Positions 29,510-40,171 of a DNA stretch of 64,000 bases are shown here, piece by piece (positions within the stretch are counted from its first letter, which is position 1; every line of letters starts with the position of its first letter). The DNA comes from Bacteroidota bacterium (GTDB lineage Bacteria; Bacteroidota; Bacteroidia; UKL13-3): assembly GCA_027482225.1 (NCBI GenBank), contig JAIXWD010000005.1, forward strand, positions 64,957 to 128,956, read 5' to 3'. The notes under the pieces were generated by a model that did not search any database, was not told the origin of the DNA, and worked only from the letters and a program-made list of their open reading frames with translations. Made by a program: the position numbers and the translations under genes.

Positions 29510-29550
29510 ATTTTTACATTTATTTTGTGCAAAATACAAAAACAATACCA

Positions 29551-30111
29551 ATGAAACCAAATGAGGAAAATCCATGGCAAATTATAAATAAACAGGTGGC
29601 TTATGATAATGCTTGGATAACGGTAACGCACCATGAAGTAAGACATACATCGGGCAAAGAGGGAATTTATGGTATCATTCATTTTAAAAAATTGGCCTTG
29701 GGTGTTTTGGTATTAGATGAAAAAAATAATACCTGGATTGTTGGTCAGTACCGCTTACCACTTAACCAATATACTTGGGAAATTCCCGAGGGTGGCGGAG
29801 ACATAGACGTTGATCCTTTGATTTCAATAAAAAGAGAATTGCTGGAAGAAACTGGTATTGTTGCTCAAGATTGGATACATATTCAAAGCATGCAATTGAG
29901 TAATTCGGCCTCAGATGAAATTGCACATTTGTATGTTGCTAAAAACCTAACTTACTATAAGGCCAACCCTGATGAAGATGAGACTTTACAACAACAAATG
30001 ATTTCTTTTGATGAATTGTACAACTGGGTATGTGAAGGAAAAGTTACCGATGCGCTAACTGTTGCAGCAGTGTTAAAAGCTAGGTTAATGATGTTAGAAG
30101 GTAAGTTATAA
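29551..30111 (+). CDS. NUDIX hydrolase (ADP-ribose pyrophosphatase-like)
   Basis: Nudix box WEIPEGG......IKRELLEETG and GQYR. Likely start MKPNEENPW at 29551. Confidence 0.88.
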   Translation: MKPNEENPWQIINKQVAYDNAWITVTHHEVRHTSGKEGIYGIIHFKKLALGVLVLDEKNNTWIVGQYRLPLNQYTWEIPEGGGDIDVDPLISIKRELLEETGIVAQDWIHIQSMQLSNSASDEIAHLYVAKNLTYYKANPDEDETLQQQMISFDELYNWVCEGKVTDALTVAAVLKARLMMLEGKL

Positions 30112-30630
30112 CTTAAGTTTCATCATGTAATCATCACACAAACTTTCGCCCAATTGAAACTGTCTGGTTTCAAAAACTTCGAAACCAACTTTTTTGTAGA
30201 AGTTAATAGCTCTTTCGTTTTCCTGCCAAACACCTAAAAACAAATACTCAAAGCCATTTTCTTTACTATGCTGTATGGCTTGTTGCATTAATAGTTTACC
30301 GGCACCACTACCAAAATATGACCCTAAAATGTAAATCTTCTCCAACTCAATACACTTCCCGCTCAAACCTTTATAAGTAGTATCATGAATAAGTTTTATG
30401 TAACCAATTACTTGTTCATCATCATAACATAAGTAATAAGCAATATTTGATTTGATAAGGTTTTGGGTAATGATATCAATATGGTAAGCTTTTATGATAT
30501 AAGAGCGTATATCACTTTCTGTATTATAGGGCCTAAAGGTTTCATAAAAGGTATCTCCTCCTATTTTCGACAATATTTCGGCATGTTTTATATTTGCACT
30601 CTCTATACTAAAATCTGAATTAAGAGACAT
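30106..30630 (-). CDS. GNAT N-acetyltransferase (PaiA-like)
   Basis: ELEKIY, G.GAGKLL and LGVWQENERAINFYKK.GF motifs. Confidence 0.85.
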   Translation of the reverse strand: MSLNSDFSIESANIKHAEILSKIGGDTFYETFRPYNTESDIRSYIIKAYHIDIITQNLIKSNIAYYLCYDDEQVIGYIKLIHDTTYKGLSGKCIELEKIYILGSYFGSGAGKLLMQQAIQHSKENGFEYLFLGVWQENERAINFYKKVGFEVFETRQFQLGESLCDDYMMKLKL

Positions 30631-30919
30631 AAGATTTATAAATTAAACTAATTCTATAAAGAATAACTTGTGTAAATAATGATTACTAAATTTAGGTAAT
30701 ACGGCTTAAAAGAAATTAATATTAAGCTAAAATCTAACAAAAGTAAAGATCTTTCGATTAAACTAAAAAGAGTATGGAACATTTAGAATATATGCAAACA
30801 TCTAATTTGACTGACAATTATAATTTAGTATTTAATCGACAAGCATGTAATTTTATGTAAACGTAACTTAATTTAGTACATAAGTAGGAATAAGTTTGAA
30901 ATGTATAATTTTGCTTTAA

Positions 30920-32110
30920 ATGTTTAAGATACTACAATTCCCATTATCAATATTAAATTGGTTTATTCCTAAGGTAAGTATGCATTTATCTGTAGAAAGA
31001 AAAACTTACTTTAAAAAAAATGTATTCAAAACTACGTTTAATAAAACTGCTTTAGTGTCATACTTAAGCGAACCTTTCATTAGCGGGCTTAAAAACAAAC
31101 ACACCAATCACCTTGAATGCACTTTTGCTGCCAAAATATTGAGCGAAATGGGCTTTAATGTTGATGTAATAGATTTTGATTACCATAAAAAAGTAGATTT
31201 CAAAGCATATGTGGTTATTTATGGATTTGGTCATCAATTTGAACAATCATTTTATGATTCAAGTTTTAACGGGAAACGAATTGTATATAGTCCTGGATGT
31301 AACACGGTATATTCAAATCTTGTATCATGCCTAAGATTAAAAGAACATGTGCGAAATGGGGGCTCCTTAAATCCCAATCTAGTAAGAACAACAGGAGAGG
31401 CATGGCCACTTCAAAAATACTTATCAGATGCGGTTATTTGCCTTGGTAATGAGTTTGTATTAAACACATATAAACAAGATTACGATCAAACATCTTACTA
31501 CCGACTAAATTGCTTTCCGTTAGAATTAAATAACGAAATTGAAATAATTGAAAAAGACTTTAGCAAAGTGAAATATAATTTACTTTGGTTTGGTAGTCAA
31601 GGTAGCGTTCATAAAGGGCTAGATTTAACATTACGATTAATAGATCAACATAAAAATTTAAAATTATACATCAGAGGTTTAAACCTTAAAAATGAATATG
31701 AACTAATTAACCAATTTGAACATTTGATTGCACAAAATCGGTTGGATGTAAAACCATTTGTTGATATAAACACGGAAGAATTTAGTGAATTAATGCAAAC
31801 ATGTGGTGCCTTAATTTTCCCGAGCGCAAGCGAAGGTGGCGCAGCAGCGATATTAACTGTTATGAAACACGGAGGATTAATTCCCATTATAACCAAAGCC
31901 TGTGGACTAGATATTGATGACATTTCATTTATGGCAGATGAAACCACATATGATGCCATTAATAAACAACTTGAACGTTATTTAAATACAACGGATATAG
32001 AATTATTAGAGCTATCAAAAAGAACAAGACAAGAAGCAACCGAGCATTACAGTCAAGAATTATATCAAAACCACCTAAAGAAAATACTCAACAACATTTT
32101 ACAATCGTAA
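30920..32110 (+). CDS. GT-B glycosyltransferase (GT4-like)
   Basis: WFGS...HKGLDL and IFPSASEG motifs. Confidence 0.75.
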   Translation: MFKILQFPLSILNWFIPKVSMHLSVERKTYFKKNVFKTTFNKTALVSYLSEPFISGLKNKHTNHLECTFAAKILSEMGFNVDVIDFDYHKKVDFKAYVVIYGFGHQFEQSFYDSSFNGKRIVYSPGCNTVYSNLVSCLRLKEHVRNGGSLNPNLVRTTGEAWPLQKYLSDAVICLGNEFVLNTYKQDYDQTSYYRLNCFPLELNNEIEIIEKDFSKVKYNLLWFGSQGSVHKGLDLTLRLIDQHKNLKLYIRGLNLKNEYELINQFEHLIAQNRLDVKPFVDINTEEFSELMQTCGALIFPSASEGGAAAILTVMKHGGLIPIITKACGLDIDDISFMADETTYDAINKQLERYLNTTDIELLELSKRTRQEATEHYSQELYQNHLKKILNNILQS

Positions 32111-32160
32111 AGCGATAGGTACATGTAAAGTTGATAGTTAATCAACTAATAAAAGCATCT

Positions 32161-32967
32161 TTAAGCAATCTTTTCAAGTATAGCAAAATGCCCTAACGTT
32201 TTATCTGGCACAGTTAGTTTGTAAAAACTTTGATTTTGCTCAAAAAACTCGTCAACAGCTGTTTTTGCTCCAGTTGAAAACCAATCATAATCATCAACCA
32301 CCACAAAAGATCCCTTTTCCATCCTAGTATGTAAGAAATTTAGGGCAATTAATATGGGCTCATAAAAATCAAAATCTACATAAGCAAAGCAAACTTTTTC
32401 AGGTAGGTTTTTAAGGTGAATAGTTTGCTCAATAAACCCTGAAACAACCATGGTATTTTCTTTCGGAAACGAAATCTCTTTTAAACGTGACGATACCTGA
32501 TCTATACCGCATGCCATTGTTCCCTTGTAAGCCTCCATTGAACCTAAACTAAAGATATCATCTTTTAATTGGTCTTTTTCGGTTGGCATTGGTAATCCTT
32601 CAAACGAATCAAATAACCAAAGATTTCTTTCCTTTAGTCCTCTAATTTCATTAGACATTAATGCAGATGTAGTACCTTGTGCAACACCAAACTCGCATAT
32701 ATCACCCGACACACTAAGTGATTTATTTAAGCATGATACAATACTTAATCCTTCGCTAATATTAGTACCTAAAAGTTTAGATAATAAGGCTACACGTTGA
32801 GGGTTTTCAGGGAGTTTATAACCATTATATTTCTCGAATAAATAAATGGATTCCTTTATTAAAGTTTGATATTTTTCTTGCAGTAAAGTTGGATTAGTGA
32901 TATTGCTATTGTGTTTTATAATATCTATACCAAAGTTATTTACTAATCGTTTCAGGATTTTTATCAT
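32161..32967 (-). CDS. TylF/MycF-family (macrocin-type) O-methyltransferase
   Basis: GDICEFGVAQG, FDSFEGLP, YVDFDFYE, VVDDY and KTAVDEF motifs. Likely start 32967. Confidence 0.85.
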   Translation of the reverse strand: MIKILKRLVNNFGIDIIKHNSNITNPTLLQEKYQTLIKESIYLFEKYNGYKLPENPQRVALLSKLLGTNISEGLSIVSCLNKSLSVSGDICEFGVAQGTTSALMSNEIRGLKERNLWLFDSFEGLPMPTEKDQLKDDIFSLGSMEAYKGTMACGIDQVSSRLKEISFPKENTMVVSGFIEQTIHLKNLPEKVCFAYVDFDFYEPILIALNFLHTRMEKGSFVVVDDYDWFSTGAKTAVDEFFEQNQSFYKLTVPDKTLGHFAILEKIA

Positions 32968-33093
32968 AATGGCAATTATACGAAATAAACTTAAATTATG
33001 TATGCGAGTATTGAACTTAAAGCACAAGTATGTTATTCTAGAAAAATTTCATCGTTTTAACAACAATAATGAAGTTGATGAAAAAAAATATCC

Positions 33094-34020
33094 TTAACTG
33101 AACCTCCACTTTAAATAGCGCCAAGTTTTAACTACTTTTTGCAATAGGTTGTTTTTAGGTTTAAGCGCTTGATCGTAAAAATATGCATCGGCATCGATAT
33201 CCACTTTAACCTCTTTAGTATGCTTAATTTCGTTTAGCTCAAAAACTACTTGGTTTACTGTCCAAGATGTATCATTAGCACTACCATGCGTAGAGTTATC
33301 GGTATTGCCAATGTTAGTAACCAAGTTTACATTAGGAACTAAACTAAGTCCTTTTTGCTTTAAAATAGTTAGCCCCCATTGATAATCCCAAGTATTGAAA
33401 ACATGTTTTTTACTAAACATAAAAATCTGTTGCCAATAGCGCTTTAGCCCCTTATGTGAGGTATAATAATCTAAGTTGAGTTCTTTATCTGATTGAATAT
33501 TATCTAAATTAAAATCATAATGTTGCCAAGCCCTGCGCCATGAAGCCCAACCCCAAATAAAGCTGTGCATAGAAAAATAATAGGAAGCGTCTCCCCTAAT
33601 AATACCTCGTTGGAAATTTGAACCACAAACTTGCATCACCCTTTCATCATCTTTGTAATGGTTGAGCATGGTTTTACAAAATCTGAAAAAATCGAATGAT
33701 GGTAAACAGTCATCTTCCAATATGATTCCCATTTCCTCATGCTCAAAAAACCAAGTAATTGCTTCGTTAACTGCGGGTCCACAACCCAAATTATTATTTC
33801 TATACAAGGTCTTTAATTTGCAAGGCCAATCTATTTGATTAAAGATATCGCGTGTTTGTAAGGTTAGCAACTGATCTGTCGATTTATGAGCTCTTGCTCC
33901 ATCAGCTGCAACATATAACCTTCCCGGCTTAACCTTTTTAACGGCATCAAAAACACGTTGGGTTTCGTCAGGTCTGTTAAACACCAACATCAATATAGGA
34001 ACATCAAAAGAGTTGCTCAT
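33094..34020 (-). CDS. Nucleotide-diphospho-sugar transferase (GT-A/GT2-like)
   Basis: FNRPD, YVAADG, IILEDDC, WGWASW and NLVTNIG motifs. Likely start MSNSF at 34020. Confidence 0.85.
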   Translation of the reverse strand: MSNSFDVPILMLVFNRPDETQRVFDAVKKVKPGRLYVAADGARAHKSTDQLLTLQTRDIFNQIDWPCKLKTLYRNNNLGCGPAVNEAITWFFEHEEMGIILEDDCLPSFDFFRFCKTMLNHYKDDERVMQVCGSNFQRGIIRGDASYYFSMHSFIWGWASWRRAWQHYDFNLDNIQSDKELNLDYYTSHKGLKRYWQQIFMFSKKHVFNTWDYQWGLTILKQKGLSLVPNVNLVTNIGNTDNSTHGSANDTSWTVNQVVFELNEIKHTKEVKVDIDADAYFYDQALKPKNNLLQKVVKTWRYLKWRFS

Positions 34021-34062
34021 GCTAAAATTAGTAAGTTGGCAATAATACACAAAGCGCTTTAA

Positions 34063-35463
34063 TTGCTAAAATATATCTATACGAATGTCGTTTGTGTGAT
34101 ACTTATTATTAATTTGCGCACTGTGCAAATTCCATTTTTAAATAAAATAAAATCACCACATATTAAAAAATATGCCGCCAATACGGGCTGGCTGTTTGCT
34201 GATAATTTCTTGAAACAAGTTATCAATATAATTGTGGGGGTTTTTCTTGCGCGATACTTAAACCCCGAGGGCCTTGGTAGTATTAGCTATGCATCAACAT
34301 ATATGCAACTGCTTAATCCTATTGCCATGCTCGGATTAAATGCAATTGCAATAAAAGAATTTGTAAACAACCACGAAAAAGCAAATACCATAATAGGCAC
34401 AACCTTTTTTTTAAAATTAATATCGTCATTAACAGCCTTTGCCATACTTATTTTTTGTGCAATATTTTTAGAAAACCTGCCAGAAATGAGGTATTACATT
34501 ATAATTGTGGGCCTTTCTTATCTGCTATACCCATTTCAAGTAATAGACTTTTATTTCCAATCTAACTTAAAATCCAAATACACCGTTTTATCACAACAGA
34601 TAGCAACTGTAATAGCCGCTATACTTAAAGTTTTAGGAATGATAAATGGATATGCTATAGAATATTTTGTATGGATAATCCTCGGAGAGGTTTTCGTTTC
34701 TACTACCAGTCAGATAATTATATATAGACTCAAAATTATTTTACCTAAGTGGTCGTTTGATAAAGTGCTTGCAGTTAAAATGCTAAAGGAATCATTTCCT
34801 ATCATTTTTACAGGCTTTTTTATTGTAATTTACATGAGAGTGGATCAACTCATGATTCAAAAAATGTTAGATACCAAATCTCTTGGTAATTTTACTGCAG
34901 CAATTAAATTAAGTGAAGCGTTTTATGTAGTACCAGGAATTATAGCAGGTTCTTTATTTCCAGCGATAATAAACGGGTTAAAAATTAGCAGAGAGGAATA
35001 CTTAAATAGGATGCAAAGGTTGTATTCTGTTTTTACCCTTATTTGTATAGTGGTTTCTTTGGTTGTAGTTATCTTTGGTGATTTAATAGTTAGCATTCTT
35101 TATGGCGAAGCATACACACAAACTTCTGCTGTACTAAAAGTACATTTTTGTAACAGTGTTTTTGTATTTTTTGGAGTAGCATACAGCCAAGCATTTATTG
35201 TTGAAGGGATGCAGCGATTTACTACCATAAATACCATTTTTGGCGCTATTATCAATGTGTTATTAAATTTCTATTTTATCCCTAAAATTGGTATTGTGGG
35301 CTCAGCAATCGCCACATTTATTGCCCAATTTTATTCCGGTTTTCTCTGTTTACTGTTGTTTCCTAAAACAAGGGTGCATTTTAAACTCATGCTCAACTCA
35401 TTTAACTTTATAAAAACAATACGTTTATATTCGACCAAAATTAGAACATTACAAGATGAATAG
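34063..35463 (+). CDS. wzx: Wzx-type polysaccharide flippase
   Basis: ARYL..EG.G, IYMRVDQLMI and LLN..FIP..GIVGSAIAT motifs, multi-TM. The true start may be the GTG at 34123. Confidence 0.85.
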   Translation: MLKYIYTNVVCVILIINLRTVQIPFLNKIKSPHIKKYAANTGWLFADNFLKQVINIIVGVFLARYLNPEGLGSISYASTYMQLLNPIAMLGLNAIAIKEFVNNHEKANTIIGTTFFLKLISSLTAFAILIFCAIFLENLPEMRYYIIIVGLSYLLYPFQVIDFYFQSNLKSKYTVLSQQIATVIAAILKVLGMINGYAIEYFVWIILGEVFVSTTSQIIIYRLKIILPKWSFDKVLAVKMLKESFPIIFTGFFIVIYMRVDQLMIQKMLDTKSLGNFTAAIKLSEAFYVVPGIIAGSLFPAIINGLKISREEYLNRMQRLYSVFTLICIVVSLVVVIFGDLIVSILYGEAYTQTSAVLKVHFCNSVFVFFGVAYSQAFIVEGMQRFTTINTIFGAIINVLLNFYFIPKIGIVGSAIATFIAQFYSGFLCLLLFPKTRVHFKLMLNSFNFIKTIRLYSTKIRTLQDE

Positions 35464-36250
35464 TTTGCTCTTATTTCTAGAAACATTTTTTACGAAAACC
35501 TACTTTTATAAAATCAATAAATTTCTTTACCTATTATCTGTTAAAGGAATGGGTATTGATAATAAGTTTACATTGGTTCACAAGGGCGATAAAATGCTAA
35601 TGACAAAACTATTGAAGAAAACTGGTAAACAAATAGTTATTGATGTTGGGGCAAATGTTGGCAATTATGCAGAAGAGGTTTTAAGTTATAATCCCGATAT
35701 TGATTTATATGCTTTTGAGCCACATCCTAAAACCTTTTTAACGTTACAGGAAAAAGCCAAAAAACATGGCTTTAAAACCATTAATAAAGGTTGTGCCAAC
35801 ACCATAGGGAAACTTAAGTTTTACGATTACGCAAATAATGATGGCTCAGAACACGCTACCCTATTAGAAGGAGTATTTTCAGATTTATACAATAATAACG
35901 AGACAATTGTGCACGAGGTTGATGTAACAACACTAGATGCATTTATATTAGAATATAATATTGAACATGTTGATTTACTTAAAATAGATACGGAAGGTTT
36001 TGAATACAGCGTAATGAGTGGATGCCTTGAAAGTATTAAAAACAACAAAATTAAGGCTATACATTTTGAGTTTAACAGCATGAATATCATCAGTAAAGTA
36101 TTCATGAAAGACTTTATTAAAATACTGCCTCAATACTCTTTTTATAGGGTGTTACCAAACGGTTTGCTAAAGGTTGAGCAGCACAACATTTTACTTACAG
36201 AAATTTTCGGATTTCAAAATATAGTAGCTATAAACAATCAAACAAAATAA
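35456..36250 (+). CDS. FkbM-family methyltransferase
   Basis: IDVGANVG, AFEP, TTLD and LKIDTEGFE motifs. Confidence 0.9.
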   Translation: MNSLLLFLETFFTKTYFYKINKFLYLLSVKGMGIDNKFTLVHKGDKMLMTKLLKKTGKQIVIDVGANVGNYAEEVLSYNPDIDLYAFEPHPKTFLTLQEKAKKHGFKTINKGCANTIGKLKFYDYANNDGSEHATLLEGVFSDLYNNNETIVHEVDVTTLDAFILEYNIEHVDLLKIDTEGFEYSVMSGCLESIKNNKIKAIHFEFNSMNIISKVFMKDFIKILPQYSFYRVLPNGLLKVEQHNILLTEIFGFQNIVAINNQTK

Positions 36251-36252
36251 CC

Positions 36253-37017
36253 ATGAGTACTTGTAAAATTTGCAGTAGTAATATGCATCCATTGTTTATA
36301 GCCAAAGTACTTAATAAGTATGACGTGCAATATGAGCAATGTGAAAATTGCCATTTTATACAAACAGAAAAACCTTATTGGTTAAGTGAGGCTTACCAAA
36401 GCGCTATAAACAATAACGATACTGGAATTATATCGCGTAACGAGCGTTTTAGAGGTATAGTTAGCATACTTATTAGTTTTTTATTTAATAAAAATGAGAA
36501 ATTTTTAGACTATGCTGGTGGTTACGGTATTTTTACACGCATGATGCGAGATGTAGGATTCGATTATTATTGGGTTGATGAATATGCCAAGAATTTAGTT
36601 TCAATCGGGTTTGAGCACAAAAAAGGAACAACTTATGAATCCATAACGGCCTTTGAAGTTTTTGAACACCTTGATAACCCAGAAGAAAAACTCATAGATA
36701 TGTTATCTTACTCAGATAATATTATTTTCTCTACAGAACTTGTGCCAGATAATACACCAACAAAAGATTGGTGGTACTATGCCTTTAACCACGGACAACA
36801 CATTGCTTTTTATCATAAAAATTCGTTGTTACACCTTGCACAAAAACATGGTTTACACCTTTCATCAAATGGTTCTAACTTTCATGTTTTGAGTAAAAAA
36901 CAAATCAATCCATTGGTGTTTAAATTACTTTATAAAGGCAGTAAATTTGGTTTGTACTGGTTCGCCAAACTTGGACTTCAAACCAAAACCTTTACCGACC
37001 ATAAATTAATGAGTTAA
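36253..37017 (+). CDS. Class I SAM-dependent methyltransferase with an N-terminal Zn-ribbon
   Basis: CKIC...CENC, LDYAGGYG, FEVFEH and GQHIAF motifs. Confidence 0.85.
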   Translation: MSTCKICSSNMHPLFIAKVLNKYDVQYEQCENCHFIQTEKPYWLSEAYQSAINNNDTGIISRNERFRGIVSILISFLFNKNEKFLDYAGGYGIFTRMMRDVGFDYYWVDEYAKNLVSIGFEHKKGTTYESITAFEVFEHLDNPEEKLIDMLSYSDNIIFSTELVPDNTPTKDWWYYAFNHGQHIAFYHKNSLLHLAQKHGLHLSSNGSNFHVLSKKQINPLVFKLLYKGSKFGLYWFAKLGLQTKTFTDHKLMS

Positions 37018-37021
37018 TTTC

Positions 37022-38134
37022 ATGCATATTTTGTTTGATGATGAGGTGTTTTTCAGGCAACGTTTTGGTGGTGTTTCGCGCATATTTGCCAAGCTTATTC
37101 AAGGTATTGAACAAAACCCCGAACACCAACTGATGTTTAATTGTAACTACTCTGAAAACGAATATTTATTGCAACTCAAACCCAACACAAATTCCTTTCT
37201 AAAACCTTATCAGTTTCCATTAAAAGGTAAATTAATAAGAGGTATTTACGGAGGGTATTCACATAAAAAAACCATTAACACTATTGGTAAAAAAAAGGCT
37301 GATGTTTTTCACCCAACCTTTTATGCCAACTACTACTTAGAAGCACTAACTCAGGCTAATTTACCTTTAGTGTTTACCGTGCATGATTTAATACACGAGC
37401 AAACACCAAACAATTCACACTACACACAAATGGCAAAAATGAAGGAAGAAAACCTGAAAATTGCCAATCAAATCATTGTGGTTTCTGAACATACCAAGAA
37501 AGATTTACTTCGTATTTATCCCTTTGTAAATCAAGAGCAAGTAAATATAATTCCATTGGCACAATCATTACCAGAGCAAGGTGTAAAGCCCAAAAAACTG
37601 CCCGATAATTATATCCTCTTTACAGGCGAACGTGGTGGATACAAAAACTTTATTTCATTATTAAATGCGTTTGCCGAGTTGTCAAAAATAAATCCAGATA
37701 TGCATTTATATTGTGCTGGAAGTGCATCATTTAATAAAGATGAGTTAGCCCTTGCCCAAAAATTAAATGTAAATAATAAACTACACCATGCTAAACTCAG
37801 CGATTCTGAGTTGCGCTATGTATATCAACATGCTAAGTTATTCGTTTTCCCATCAACATACGAAGGTTTTGGCATTCCCATGCTAGAAGCATTTAATGCC
37901 GGAACTCCAGTTTTGGCTAATAATGCAACTAGTTTACCTGAAGTTGGTGGTGATGCCGCTTACTATGTTGATGCTACAGATGTAAAACAATTAACAATTG
38001 CCCTAAACGAAGTATTAACCAATACCAAACTACAGCAGGAATTGATTGAAAAAGGTAAAATCCGAGAACAACAATTCAACTGGCAAAATCACATCAGCCT
38101 CACATTGCAAGTTTATCAAAAGGCAGTAAAATGA
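37022..38134 (+). CDS. Glycosyltransferase family 4
   Basis: QRFGGVSR, TVHDLIHE, YKNF and FPSTYEGFGIPMLEA motifs. Confidence 0.9.
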   Translation: MHILFDDEVFFRQRFGGVSRIFAKLIQGIEQNPEHQLMFNCNYSENEYLLQLKPNTNSFLKPYQFPLKGKLIRGIYGGYSHKKTINTIGKKKADVFHPTFYANYYLEALTQANLPLVFTVHDLIHEQTPNNSHYTQMAKMKEENLKIANQIIVVSEHTKKDLLRIYPFVNQEQVNIIPLAQSLPEQGVKPKKLPDNYILFTGERGGYKNFISLLNAFAELSKINPDMHLYCAGSASFNKDELALAQKLNVNNKLHHAKLSDSELRYVYQHAKLFVFPSTYEGFGIPMLEAFNAGTPVLANNATSLPEVGGDAAYYVDATDVKQLTIALNEVLTNTKLQQELIEKGKIREQQFNWQNHISLTLQVYQKAVK

Positions 38135-38712
38135 AATTTCTACTGATAGATAATTACGATTCGTTTACACACATGCTTGCTGATTATATAAGGCAATGTA
38201 ATGTGGTTTGCGATATTGTTCGTAACGATGATGTTAAGTTAAAGGACAGTAATTTCGTGAACATCTATCACGCACTGGTATTGTCTCCCGGACCGCAAAC
38301 ACCATTACATGCAGGTTGTTTAATGGAGGTAATTGATAAATACCATAAAACCAAACCAATATTAGGAGTTTGCTTGGGTCATCAAGCTATTGGAGAATAT
38401 TTTGGTGCAACTTTACAAAAAGCCAAAATACCCAAACATGGAAAAGTTGATGTGGCCCAACACAAAAACCACAATTTATTTGTTGATGTTTCTGAGAGTT
38501 TTGAGATTACTAGGTATCATTCACTAATTTTAAACAACATCAAACCACCTTTACAAATTATTGCACACAGCGCAAATGGCGAAGTTATGGCACTGACTCA
38601 TAACACATTGCCTATCGTTGGCATACAATTTCACCCCGAGTCGTGTTTAACAAAACAAGGCTTTACCCTTATAAAAAACTTTGTTCTAATGGTGCAACAA
38701 AGTTTAGGATAA
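38131..38712 (+). CDS. Aminodeoxychorismate/anthranilate synthase component II (PabA/TrpG glutamine amidotransferase)
   Basis: LIDNYDSFT, LSPGP, GVCLGHQ, RYHSL and QFHPES motifs. Confidence 0.92.
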   Translation: MKFLLIDNYDSFTHMLADYIRQCNVVCDIVRNDDVKLKDSNFVNIYHALVLSPGPQTPLHAGCLMEVIDKYHKTKPILGVCLGHQAIGEYFGATLQKAKIPKHGKVDVAQHKNHNLFVDVSESFEITRYHSLILNNIKPPLQIIAHSANGEVMALTHNTLPIVGIQFHPESCLTKQGFTLIKNFVLMVQQSLG

Positions 38713-38752
38713 GTTAATTTTCTTATATTTGGTTGCAATTCGTAATACATAA

Positions 38753-39517
38753 ATGGATTTAACGATAAAACAAGAAGGTAATTTTAAGTATATTGAAGAA
38801 GGTGAAGGCGAGGTACTTCTGCTTTTACATGGATTATTTGGAGCGCTCAGTAATTGGAGAGAGGTTACAGAACACTTCTCCAAAAAATATAAGGTGGTAA
38901 TTCCATTGATGCCAATTTTTGAAATGAATATTTTAAGCCTAAGTGTTGAGGGTTTAGCTAATTTTATCCACGAATTTATCGAATATAAAAAGTTTAAGTG
39001 TGTAAATCTTTTAGGCAATTCACTTGGCGGACATGTAGCCCTAGTGTATTTAAAAAAACATCCTGAAAATGTGAAAACATTGTTACTTACAGGAAGTAGT
39101 GGACTATATGAAAATGCTATGGGAGGAAATTATCCCAAAAAAGGTGATAAAGAGTTTATTCGAAAAAAAATAGAAATTACTTTTTACGACCCAAAAAATA
39201 CCACTGATGAATTAGTGGATGAAGTTTTCGAAACAGTTAATGATCGAATGAAAGTTTTACGCATTTTAACCATGGCCAAATCAGCTATAAGACATAACAT
39301 GCGAAAAGATATTCCAAATATCAAGATCCCTGTTTGTTTAATTTGGGGCAAAAATGATGTAATTACGCCTCCTAATGTTGGAGTAGAGTTTAATGAGTTA
39401 TTACCAGACTCTGAGCTTCACTTTTTAGATAATTGCGGACATGTTCCAATGATGGAACACCCAACCGAATTCAATAAAATAGCAGAGGCATTCTACCTTA
39501 AAAAACTTGCTAAATAA
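38753..39517 (+). CDS. Alpha/beta-fold hydrolase
   Basis: LLHGLFG, nucleophile elbow GNSLGG, and a WG..D / GH catalytic pattern. Confidence 0.88.
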   Translation: MDLTIKQEGNFKYIEEGEGEVLLLLHGLFGALSNWREVTEHFSKKYKVVIPLMPIFEMNILSLSVEGLANFIHEFIEYKKFKCVNLLGNSLGGHVALVYLKKHPENVKTLLLTGSSGLYENAMGGNYPKKGDKEFIRKKIEITFYDPKNTTDELVDEVFETVNDRMKVLRILTMAKSAIRHNMRKDIPNIKIPVCLIWGKNDVITPPNVGVEFNELLPDSELHFLDNCGHVPMMEHPTEFNKIAEAFYLKKLAK

Positions 39518-40167
39518 TGATAGCTGAAGAACTGATATCTGATCAAATAATTCCACTAAAATGTGGGGATTTATGCGATGCTGCGATCAGTTTTATGCAC
39601 GATGCTAAAGTGGTGGAAATGCCCGTAGTAGAATCTGGTAAACTTTTGGGCTATTTACACATAAGCAAAGCTGAAAAAACACAGAACAAAACAGTTGGGC
39701 AGGTTATGGAAAATAAGCTCTTGTTCATTCCTACAAATACACATCTATTTGATATTACTCGCATCATGTATGATACCAATTCAACAACAATTGCAGTATG
39801 TGATGAGAACCAAAACTATATTGGCGCGATTTCCCTCGCAGATTTATTAAAAGCCTACTCAAAAAATACAGCAAACAGTTTGCCGGGTGCTATTATTACA
39901 CTCGAAATATTTCCAAGAGATTACTCACTTACTGAAATTGCACGTATTACAGAAAGTAATGATTTTAAAATTACTGGACTATTTATCCGAAATTTAGAGA
40001 ACAACAAACTTGAAGTTAGCTTAAAATTAAACTCCGTTGAAATAAAAACTGTACTTCACACTTTTGAACGATACAATTACAATATTAAATCTGTTCATCA
40101 ATTAAGTGAAGTAGCTGATAACTTAAACCAAAGACTAGATTGGTTGATTAAATACATTAATACATAA
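39517..40167 (+). CDS. CBS-domain protein
   Basis: Tandem CBS-like segments plus an ACT-like C-terminus (DYSLTEIARI.ESN). Usual position upstream of NAD kinase. Confidence 0.82.
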   Translation: MIAEELISDQIIPLKCGDLCDAAISFMHDAKVVEMPVVESGKLLGYLHISKAEKTQNKTVGQVMENKLLFIPTNTHLFDITRIMYDTNSTTIAVCDENQNYIGAISLADLLKAYSKNTANSLPGAIITLEIFPRDYSLTEIARITESNDFKITGLFIRNLENNKLEVSLKLNSVEIKTVLHTFERYNYNIKSVHQLSEVADNLNQRLDWLIKYINT

Positions 40168-40171
40168 AAAC

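Noticed and set aside
30631..30919. Possible sRNA or element in an AT-rich divergent gap
   Set aside because: No hairpin, repeat or ORF seen beyond a TAATTTTG promoter-like element.
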